NCBI GenBank assembly: GCA_051294375.1
Contig: CM119264.1
Span: forward strand, 2,833,575 to 2,897,574
From: Paraspadella gotoi
Taxonomy: Eukaryota > Animalia > Chaetognatha
DNA length: 64,000 bases
Direction: 5' to 3'
The position numbers were made by a program, and so were the translations under genes. Shown here piece by piece: positions 24,668 through 35,600 of this stretch. The notes beneath the pieces are model-generated. The model ran no database searches and was not told the DNA's origin. It saw nothing but the letters and a program-made list of their open reading frames with translations. Numbering within the stretch: position 1 is the first letter of the stretch; every line of letters begins with the position of its first letter.

Positions 24668-25420
24668 GATTCACTTCTCCCGGTCTGACGTCGCGGAAAA
24701 AAAAAATACTAAACCTATTCCAAGAGAAAGAGACAGTAAAAAGGATACCTAAGTCCTAAGAGTTTTATCGAGGATAAAGGAATCAACTTTCGATATTTTC
24801 TTTCGGACCTTAATCATTCTGTTTTAAATAGCCTAGAGAACTAAAGATATTTTTAATCGCTTTAGCATAAAAAAAACAAAAAAACAAATTAACAAAAAAC
24901 ATTTCATTCTATTCCGTTACATTTAATTCCAATTTCCATTCCAACAAAACAGAACTAGTCGAAAAACTATTAATCTAATTTGCATATTGCAGTGTTTGTT
25001 CCTATTGAGTCTATTTATTTTCAAATCAATGTAAAGTTCTAAAAATAATTTTTCAATAAGTTAGTCTATTGCACACAGGTATTGGCTCTGTTTTGTGCAC
25101 GTCTAGAACAGATTTAATGATTTAAATATGTATGATAAAGTTTTATATCGTCTTTATGTGATAATTTCTTCCTTTGCTATATTATAAAATTATCGAAAAT
25201 TTTTATTAGACCGACCGAAAAGTGTGACTTTCTTATCACGTGTATTCTTCTTTGGAGTGCTATTTTAGCATGTTTTAATGATTTATAGTTTTTATGTTGA
25301 AACAAGTAACAATCTTTCATATTATTTCGTGAATAAATTACCCCGTGCCCCTTCGCGAGTAAATGCTTCTTCCCTGTAATCAAAAACACGCTTAGAATAG
25401 CCTTTCTTCATTAATTTTAC

Positions 25421-25830
25421 TATGACAATTTGGTAACAACCAAATATAAAAATTATCCATTATTTAATAAATAAGCTATCTTGCCCCTGACTTTGGACAG
25501 GCTTTGGTGGTTTAAGGCCTCCATCACTCTTACAAGATAATGAATAGCAGGTCCCTGCAAGCTTTCAATCAAGACTCTCTCACAGTCTCGTTATTCACTC
25601 CCATAGTACCTGGCTTCCCTATCAATGAAGTAAAATATTTCAAAGAATGTTTCAATTGTATGAAAAGACCACTCCCTTAAGTATTAGATCGGGGAATACT
25701 TATTGTACTCCGCACTAGCATCAAAATACAAGGAGCTGAATTTTATGAAATTGGTACAACCAATATAAAAGCTATCTTGCCACTGACTTTGGACAGGCTT
25801 TGTGGTTTAAGGTGGTTTAAGGTGGTTTAA
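25421..25830. mobile_element. ~320 bp interspersed repeat family with terminal redundancy, at least 8 copies or fragments in the window
   Basis: Common end TATGAAATTGGTACAACCAATATAAA. Same-orientation copies at 25421-25830 and 53933-54390; inverted copies at 26654-27050, 36865-37109, ~40950-40972, ~42355-42378, 46635-46799 and 46990-47109. Confidence 0.85.
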
Positions 25831-27519
25831 CACACAACGGGGTATAAGCTTGGTTTATCAGCTTTTTATTAGCAAATTAAAACCTAAATTATAACGTCAC
25901 CCTATTTACGTGTTGAATTTTTTAAATCTTTATACAGGATCCGCACGCTCTTTTGGAAATATATTTGAGTCTTTATTACCTGAAAACCATTGTATGTTGA
26001 TTAAAACAGAAAACATTTTTGAAAAACATTTGTCTTAACTTAACACTCAAAAAGTTAAAAAATATTTTTATGGATAATAACCTAATTATAATTTCTTATT
26101 TTTCTTTCCAAGTGATGAGAAGATTAACTCAGCTTAATCAATAGTCATACTTTGGACCCACTTTGTCGCCGTCGCGAGTGACGCCGAGACCCTTTGTCAG
26201 CGAGGGTTTCAGCCCCTTTGTCACTTCCTCCGTCAGTTATCCACAAGTCCATTGAAAGTGTCTGTGGTCGAAGTGTGGGAATCCATAAGTCTATTGCCCA
26301 CGTGACATGTCGTCATGATCTGCTACAAGTGGTGACAAAACGTGACTGAGTGACAACCTGCCTCATGTCCCCGTAAAAAGGCCGTTTTGGGATGGGCTGA
26401 AGTCTCACTGTGACTGGTCTCTCTGTGAAACGTGAAATGGTAAAGAGCATAGAAAGAAGCACACAGATAGACTTGAGCAGAAAAAATGTAGAAAACGAAA
26501 GATGATTAGTAAAATGAACAGATGAGCAACGGCATCTCACAACAAGTAGTAATATTTATCTGTTAGAATATCTATATGTTTTGATTATTTTATTAAGGTA
26601 CTAAATATCAACAAACGCCAAGTGGATAAGATATTTATATACATTTATTTATTTGTCCAAAGTCAGGGGCAAGATAGCTTATTTATTAAATGAATGGATA
26701 ATTTTATATTGGTTGTACCAATTTCATAAAATTCAGCTCCTTGTATTTTGATGCTAGTGCGGAGTACAATAAGTATTCCCGATCTAATACTTATGGGAGT
26801 GGTCTTTTCATACAATTGAAACATTCTTTGAAATATTTTCCACTTCATTGATAGGGAAGCCAGGTAATCTGGGAGTGAATAGGCGAGACTGTGAGAGAGT
26901 CTTGATTGAAAGCTTGCAGGGACCTGCTATGTCATTATCTTGTAAGAGTGATGGAGGCCTTAAACCACCAAAGCCTGTCCAAAGTCAGGGGCAAGATAGC
27001 TTATTTATTAAATGAATGGATAATTTTTATATTGGTTGTACCAATTTCATATATTTGTAGTTTCGAACCTTTAACCTCGCATCCACGAGCTAAGGCTCAG
27101 ACAATTTCGCTACTTTGGCATTTAGTTATTCTACATTTGGAAACTTATATATTAATTTATATATATATTTATATATATTTACTACTTGATCTTTTGTTAT
27201 TACAAACAAAGAAACATTGCAAATCTCATTCAAATCTCATTTCAATCAGCTGATTCTATTGTTACCAATTCCAAACATGATTCCATCTGGCTTAGAAATT
27301 GGATTAATTTATTATTCATCACATTGTTACTGTTTGTTAATAATAATCTTTATTTTTAATTTTACATTGTTTTTCAATATAGATATTACAGATACTTGCT
27401 GGCAAAAGTAACTGGAATATCTATATGCTTTGATTATTTTATTAAGGTCTGATTTTAAACAATAACCAAGCAAGTTGGTTTAGACTCTTTTACAAGCAGC
27501 TTGGCGAACATTCACGGAG

Positions 27520-27580
27520 CCACGCTCGCCGGCGCCACTTCCGGTTCAATATCTTCAGACGTTGGATGGCGTTACGTCAA
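27520..27580. promoter_or_regulatory. Candidate promoter motifs between the divergent orphan and R3H genes
   Basis: ETS-type CACTTCCGG (~27536) and CRE/bZIP-like TTACGTCA (~27572) in a GC-rich patch. Motif match only. Confidence 0.3.
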
Positions 27581-28165
27581 GGCAACGAGAACTTCTTACG
27601 CCATCTACATATTTATATATATATATTTATAAACATTACGGCGCCTGCGATCCCGGTCTTCAGCAGGGTTTTTCTCCCGACGTCTTCTCCCTCTCCGCTA
27701 GATTGAGGAGGGGGTTCTTTTCACAAAGAATCCGGGTATACATCCAAGAGAAAAGATGACTCAATAAAAAGCAACAACAAGACAATGGTTAATTGGTTAT
27801 AGTATAACCTATACCCTCGCAGAGTAGAAGTACGTCTCGCAAATTGTGAAAATACGTCATAATCAATATAAATACTTAAAAAGGCGATTTTATTTTACCC
27901 TAATCGCTCATCCGTTGCCTTTTGTTTCTCGCGCTCTTCTCTTCGCGGATTGCTCTTCTGTCCGACAGCAGCGCCGCTTCCTCTCGCTGGCCGCGCCCTC
28001 CGCGCCCTCCGCGCTCGACGCGTCCGCATCGCACGGGCAGACAACGCGCTATGTGATTATTTTGAGGCTCTCGCTCTCTCTATCTCTCTCTTTCTCTCCT
28101 CTTTTTCCCTGGCTGGCTTGCTCTCTTCCCATCTCTCTCGCCATCACAAGTGAAAAATAATCTCT

Positions 28166-28198
<33 letters not shown>

Positions 28199-28293
28199 TC
28201 TCTCTTTCTCTCTCTCTCTTTTTTGAGTTAAATTTTCGATGAAAATCTCGGCTCACGAATCGAATTGGTTCTTGGCTTTGGCGAGGTTTCCTG

Positions 28294-28386
<93 letters not shown>

Positions 28387-29686
28387 CACCGATTCCTTTT
28401 TTTTCCCCCCCTTTCTTTTTTTTCTCCTTTAGTCTCCGCGGGCGAGGCGGTACAGTACACGTGCACTCTCTGTAGCTCCTCGACCAAGCAACCAGTTCCT
28501 TCAGCTTGTAAACAAAAGCTTGTATAACACTGTACGCCCTTGCTTGTGTTTTTACTTTTATAATTTATTTGTGAAGATCGAAATTTTTCAGTTTTGTGCG
28601 TTCGCGTACGAACGAAGCATCCTTGAATTTCTCGCTCTAAAAACTCGCGAGGTTTTTTTTTAAAAAAAGCATAAATTTAGTAAAAAAAAAACTTTTTTCC
28701 CCCCGCGTGATTTCGTGGATGAAGGTGTGGTTAAGCGTGAGTGGATGGAGGCCATCATCGCCCGCAATCACGGATCACGGATCTTTTTTCTTCCTTCATC
28801 CATTAATCCTCGTCGGGATTTTCTCCTCACTGGTGTGGCGGTCGAACTCTTCTGTTCACGCGCTTTATTAAAATCATAGTTTAAATTTAAGTTTGTTTAT
28901 ATCCTCATAAAAAGTTGAAATAGCCCTGAGATCAATAAGCCCACATCTTTAAAATTAAATTTACCAACACTGAATTTTAAAAGAACTTAATTTAAGGTAG
29001 TATTACATTAACTGCACTATAATAAATTTTATTTGCACTCTATTAATTTCATATAATTTTTTTTCAAGGGAAACCTAATTTTTTTAATAATCCTGAATGT
29101 AACTTAGACCATGATCCGTTGCCAAGGCAAGGCAATTTAATAAAATGAAAATAATTCATGATCGAAAAACTGGCAAAAAAAAACTTATTCGGAATAACGG
29201 GGAAACATTATTCGCGAATCTTGACCAATGACCATAGATTTCTGCCTCAAACCACCAACGGGGCGAAGTCTTAATCAATCATCACCCTGACCATTTTGGA
29301 ATAGGTCCATCAGACTGATCAGTGGCAGTAGATTCTTAATCGTGAAATCACAGATCCAATCTTCTTCGTCTTATCTACGAGTGAGAATCCACTGTGCGCC
29401 GACCTTCTCGACCGCCTCGTCCGCCGGCGGAGAACCGCGTAAGGCGGCCTCGTCCGCGGCGTGGGCGCGCCGACGGAGGGGGCAGACAACGCCTCCAAAC
29501 ACCACGGCCACCTCGAGGCTTTCGTCCGCGGAGTCGTCGAAATCTTCCCGAAAGAGGAACACAGATAATTGCCGGGTGAGATATTGAATCTAACAGTTAT
29601 GCATTTTATTGAGTGAATTACGATTCAGATTTGTTAAAATGTTTCCTTATAATTATAAAGACGTTGATGGAACGACGACGTCTGCC

Positions 29687-32600
29687 ATGGATCAGACTGT
29701 GAATAATCAGAAAGAGGGAAAGCACACTCGTCCGCGGATCGAACCGGGTAATACAAGTGATACACCCCAAAGTTTTATTATGGTGAAATGATAATATTAA
29801 TAAAAAAAAACGATAGTTATTATAATGAGTTTACGACTCCGTTTGCTCGACTACTATCAGGGCAAGAAGCTCCCTCCACCTCCACCTCGGCGTCGACTGC
29901 CAGCTTCGCAGACTCCGCATCAGGGGTTGCAGGAACGTCCTCAGCCGCCCCCGCAGCGGAGCCGCCCCCCACGGGCCCAGCCGTGCTGGTTCCATGCCAG
30001 GTCGCCTCCTCCGTCGGCTCCTCTGCGCCGCCTCTTCCCAAATCTCGAAGCGGCGGAAATCTCGTCAGACAAAGAAGTGGAGACAGTCACGTTCCGTCGA
30101 CGCCGGCTTCCGGTGGCGGCGGTTCGATCCACCTGGTCCGTGGAACGACAGCCATAGGAATTAGCGGGTGGATGATGAGCGGCGCTCAGCAAGCCGGGTC
30201 TTCGATCGCCCCCTCTGTCCCCTCCGCCGGCTCCGTGCCGCAACCGCAAACCTCCAGTCTAGTGACGGGTCAGGCGAGAAAACAGTTGGGCAAGCAGAGA
30301 AACATGGCCAAGCAAAAAAGCCTCGACGGGCAGGGAAGTTCCGGGGCTTCCACATCCTTTGGTGTTGGCGGAGTGTATGGAGGCAGGAAAGCGCTGAGGA
30401 AGCAGGTCTCTCTCCCAACCGAAATTGAGAGGGGGTGCTCTCATCGGGTCACCGCTTCCAGGTAAAGGGGGAAATTATGAATTAATTTGCATGGGATATA
30501 TATAAACTAGGTAATATTTGATATCAAGCTCATTTATCTTTCCATTCTTTCTCAGCTCTCCCGCCAACACCGTTAAATTCACCGGCGGCGCCTCGTCCGA
30601 TTCCCTCGAGACTCCCCCAGGCACGGAGCGTGCCACGCCCACCGGAGCGCCGTCTCCGCAGGACGAGACGGCGGGGACGCCCTCTACACCGCAGGCCTCG
30701 GCCAAGCCGCGTCTGTCTCAACCGCAGATCTCTATCGATCCTCCGGACAGCGAACCGGAGGAAGAAGGTATGGAGCCGTCGTCTCCGGACGACGACTCGC
30801 CCGTTTTCTGGTCCTGGCAAAAGTCCCTCTCTTTCATAGATCAAGTCCTGGCGAGAAGCAAAGGAGGTAAGAGTCCCGTAAGAAACTCACCTTTCCTTTT
30901 TTTTTCTCTCTCACTCGCGTCTTTGATTCGAGAGAGAAGCAGCTATATGACGAAATTTTTGACTGCGGTTTTTTGTCTATTGGAGAAAAAAAAATAGTCT
31001 TATTCAATCACGAGACGGCTTTTTTCTGAAATTTAAAAGGAATTCTTTATTTCCATATAATTAGAACAACAACGTTTCTTATAATGGACAAGTTGGTCGA
31101 ATAAAAACAGTTGAGTTGGTTATACTAGCCATAGCCGATGAAATTTAAATGCTAATGTATACAGCGTTAAAATAATCTGTCATGAGCATATTAAATATTA
31201 AAATATTTTTTGTCAAAAATGCTTTTTTCTGAGGGTACTAGCCTAATTAAAATTATTGTATTACTATATAAAGAAAAACTTTTTTTTTTAAATCTAAAAT
31301 TTTTTTTGGATGGATTCTGATAGAGAATAAAACAAGAAATATATTTACAGCTTTTAAAAATTCTTGCGTTTTTTCAGTAAAAATCTAAATCTAATAAAAT
31401 CATCGAAAGATGATGATAATGATGACGATTTTTTATGGTTTTTCTTTTTTTGACCTACTTATCATAAAATATTTAAAAAAGAATTATACTTTGTGTAGAA
31501 ACCTTTTTATGGTCTTAAAATTTAAAATTTCTCCAAAAAAGTTTTGGCCTTTCCTATCTATAAATAAATATTAAAAAATTAATTACTAGAGCCATATGAG
31601 AAATTTTTTGTCCATTGAAAGTATACTTAAAATTGTATAAATTTTCGTTTGAGCATATACTCACTTTATATTTTTGACTCACCCAACTGAGTGCGGCTAC
31701 CCCTAATTACACGCTCGAAGATGAAGATTCGCAGTCAAATATTTCAGATTCAAAAATAATGTTAAAAACTAGCCTATAATTTTTTTTTTAAATCACGAGA
31801 ATCCAACGTTTCCGCGACTCTTTCCTCCTCCGGCCATTTCTCTCGCTGGGAAGTGAAAAGGGTGGGGTTGTGACCGGGGTGAGGTATTTAATTGCCGTGA
31901 CAATGCCTTGTGATGCGGGGTGATCTCCTTGCCGTAATTTGAAGTGATCCTTGCAGATTGGTTTGATCTTTTTTTTTAATGGGCGATCGTGGAAAATTGA
32001 CTTCTCCTTTCGCTCGCCCGGTGGTGGAAATGATGGATTTTTGTGAAATGTGGTTTCTGCGTGGCGGCGTCGACGATCTGTGTTTTTAGTTAATGGGAAA
32101 GATTTTTTCTCAAAATGAAAAGTCACAATTCACCAGCTCATGCCTAATTGCAGATGCCTTTAGACTCTTAGTAGCACTAGTGTTACCGTGAACCATATTT
32201 GAAATCCATCAAATGCTAAATGGCTTTTGTTTTTACTTTTCACCACTGTCTTTAAATATCTTTCCGTCCCCTATTCTCCACTTATATTTTCCTACCATCG
32301 CTCTATCCCTTTCTCCCCCACCCTTATCTCCCACAACGTCGACCTCAGCCGTCCCTCCGATGACGATTCGAATGACGCGCATGTCTTCGCAAGGCGCCGC
32401 CGGCGGCGGGAAGCGTCTTCTCGTGCGCAGCGAGGCGATTCGCGACGACACGTCCCCTCCGCCGCCAACTCTGATGGGCGCCTCCCACGAGGGCGACGGA
32501 GATGCGGCCGCTGATGGCGGCGAAGGTTAGTGAAGCAAGAATTCTGCTTTACGACCCCGCTCCCCCCTTTCTCGAATAGAATCTCCCGTATTTTTTATCC

Positions 32601-35600
32601 CAGGATCGCGCGCGGAGACTGCGACGACGGCGCCCGTTGGCGTGGCGGCGTTGACGCCGGGCGCGTCGCCATCGACGCTGTCCCCGGATGCAGCGCTCGT
32701 CGTCGACCCTGGAACGAGCCATCGGCGAGCGCAGTTCCTCAAACAACACTCGTCGCAGCAGAGCGACGATTCGTCTCACTCTGCCGGCGGGTAAGTCGAA
32801 AACGAAATGGTAACGTAACGAAACTTTGTTTCGTCCTGTTGTCTGTAGAATGTAGATACTGGAGACGTTGCTAGACCTATCCTAAATAATTCGAAAGTTA
32901 TTAGAACACGAAACACGAAAAGAACACGAATTTATTTTTTACAATTCAAAACAAACAATGAGATAATGATTCAACAGCACCCGGCCCAAGTTTGAGCGAA
33001 AGATCGAAAGCAAACTTTGACGTTGACCCTCAATCCCTCGAATCCGTCGAAGAAACATGAGACTCCGTTTTTGTCAAAGAAAACTAATTGATCTTTAAAG
33101 AACACTGCGGCAGCAATGGCAAAGACAGAGGCGGGTAGTTTGGTCCGAGGTCGAATCTTGGACGAACTAAGGTCGGACCAGACTGGGTCGTAGTCAAACG
33201 CCTGGAAAAAAAGTGGAGGCGACGGAATTCGAAACGAGGGGGGGAATAGGGCTCCGGTGTTCTGCCACCGTTTTTCCTCGTGATTACCGAGTCACGAGTC
33301 AGCAAAACGGTTCCAAGGTTCGTGTCTCGAAAGGCCGTCGTTATTTCAAGGTCATTTGACATTGGTTCCTTGGATTGAAAATGGAAGTTCTCGCGTCTCA
33401 TGGAAGTGGAGATACTGAAAACCAAGATGCTGCCTTTGACGAAGACGAGGAGCTTATTGAGGTCGCAGAAAGGAACCACGCCTGAAGAGTGAAGATGAAT
33501 TAAGTACGGGTTGAAAACGGGTTCTGATTTATAAGTCAACACAGGGAAACTTTACTCTTCTCTTAAAAAATAAATGACAGGAAAATTCATCACTTTGCCA
33601 CACTTTTACCCTGAACTTCTTTCCAGTCATACGATGCGTCTTGCAAATTTAATAATTTTTTGACGTCTTCAGGGCCGACCACCCAGTTTCCCAAAAAACC
33701 TGTTGCAGTCTGGTTATTATTGCATGAATGGCATAATAATACAACAAAAAAGTTACCTTTCCTTTGAAACAAATACCAATACCATTTATTTTTTGTCCTG
33801 TCTTTAAATAACATAAAGAATGCATCAACCACTTGGCAGGAAGGAAATACAAACTGGATCTCGCGATGCTTTGCATTTGCACTACAAGCGAAATAAATTA
33901 AAAGATTAAAGTCTTCCCATTTTGCATAGAAATGTTACTTTATTAAATTATTTAGTAACTTGCAAAATTCCCTCGCCATTCTTTTCATTCCTCTAGGACG
34001 TTTTAGCCGCATGTATTTTTCTCTGTTTTTTCGGCAAGAATTTGGAGTTGAGCAGCCGAGAAAATGAGAATTCCAATTCGTTGAGCAAGATGTCGAGAAG
34101 TCACTACGTCCCTTGATTATTTTGCAATAAAATCCTGCCTGAGAGCAATTGACATGCGTGTACAGATTCATCTGAAATTTCCTTCTGAAACTCGTTATAT
34201 TAACTTTTGTAAGCGCGATGATATATTCCTTCATGCCGTTTTTTTGGAAAGAATAAGTATTAAAGCTTGAAACAATAGTGTAGCTCCTGTCCAGCTGAAA
34301 TAATACTTGCTTTAACCTTAGCAAGTAGGGAATTCTTAGCTTTGAAGTGTGAATAATTGTTATAATTTAGTCGGAAAATTAAGATTTTATATTTTCTTAA
34401 AATCTTAAAATTCATTTTTATTCTCTGAAGTACCTTTTAATATCATTGCTGATTTGAATTCCCGGATGCTTAAAATTTCTGTTCTCGATTTTTTTCTCTC
34501 CTTTTTCTTCAGTTATGAAAATAACTTCATCCATGAAATGAAACGCAGAGTGGACAGTCGCTGGGGAATAATATTAATTTTATTGTTGCTTCCTGATATT
34601 TTTGAGGCGAGAATTATACAATTTATTGCCTGCTGAGTTCAAATTCCAGTTTGAGATAGGCTTATGTTTTCCTATTAATCCGTAGGGCTTTTTCAATGTA
34701 TCATACTTCCAGTAATACCCATTTTGGGTGAACAAGTATGTAAGTGACCAAGAATGAATAGAAAGAACTGCAGAAACCATTCCTAAAAAAATTTATTTTA
34801 GTTAATGAAATATTTCAGACAGCAGCACATTTCACATTTTATTTACCTTCAAATTCTGGAAAGTCGTCCTGTATTAACTTAGGATATCCTGATGCCGGTG
34901 TATTGTAATATAACTTTATCAAAGTGTTTGTTTTACCAAACAGAATCGTGGATTTATCACCCATTATTTCTAACCCATAAGCCAAGTTTTCCATCGAGCT
35001 CTCGCACACATTTAACATTGATTTCTTTGTTCGGTATAATCTTTCATCAGAAATACCTGTAAGGGCAGTTTTATTGAGCGACTTAATGTGATGTTCCATT
35101 TATTCGCTCATTCGCCACCTTTTTTGTCGTCGTCGTGTAGCTCAGTACCGTAATAAGCAGATCTGGAGTTTTATTAAGGAGCTTTGGGTATCCGTACATT
35201 TTTTTGGCAAAAGCTATAATTTTACCTGTCGTACATAGGCCACATGATAGATCCCCTAATTTCCGAATGATTTAAACCAAGGGCGTGGCCAATCTCATGT
35301 GTCGCGACCGGAAGCAACGAAGTCGCGTATCTCCTGTTGCGACGATCTCCCGTCCAGACTTCGTCGTCATCCAAATGGAGGTTCCCGCACAAGTGATTTC
35401 CCAAACCTAGTTTGAACTCTCATGATAACTCGTGAAAATATTTTCATTGCTCAAATTGGTTGAACTATTTAACAAGGATAGAAAGCGTGGGCAAGTATTC
35501 CGCCGCGCCCGTCGAACGCTCGTTTTCCTTGATCCCCGTGCTCTCCAGTTTCCCATCTGATGTTTATATCAGCCCTCTCGCCTGCGGTTCCAATCTCCGT

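Noticed and set aside
26395-26440. Hammerhead-like CTGAAG...GTGAAACGT
   Set aside because: CUGANGA is incomplete and there is no UH triplet with stem I pairing.
26870-26920. Hammerhead variant in the 320-bp repeat (GTGAATA-hairpin-GAAAGCTTG)
   Set aside because: Hairpin and GAAA-palindrome are suggestive, but C3 and G8 are absent and stem I cannot form.
27660-27725. Hairpin with hammerhead-like ends near the R3H promoter
   Set aside because: Neither conserved box is intact in the required order.
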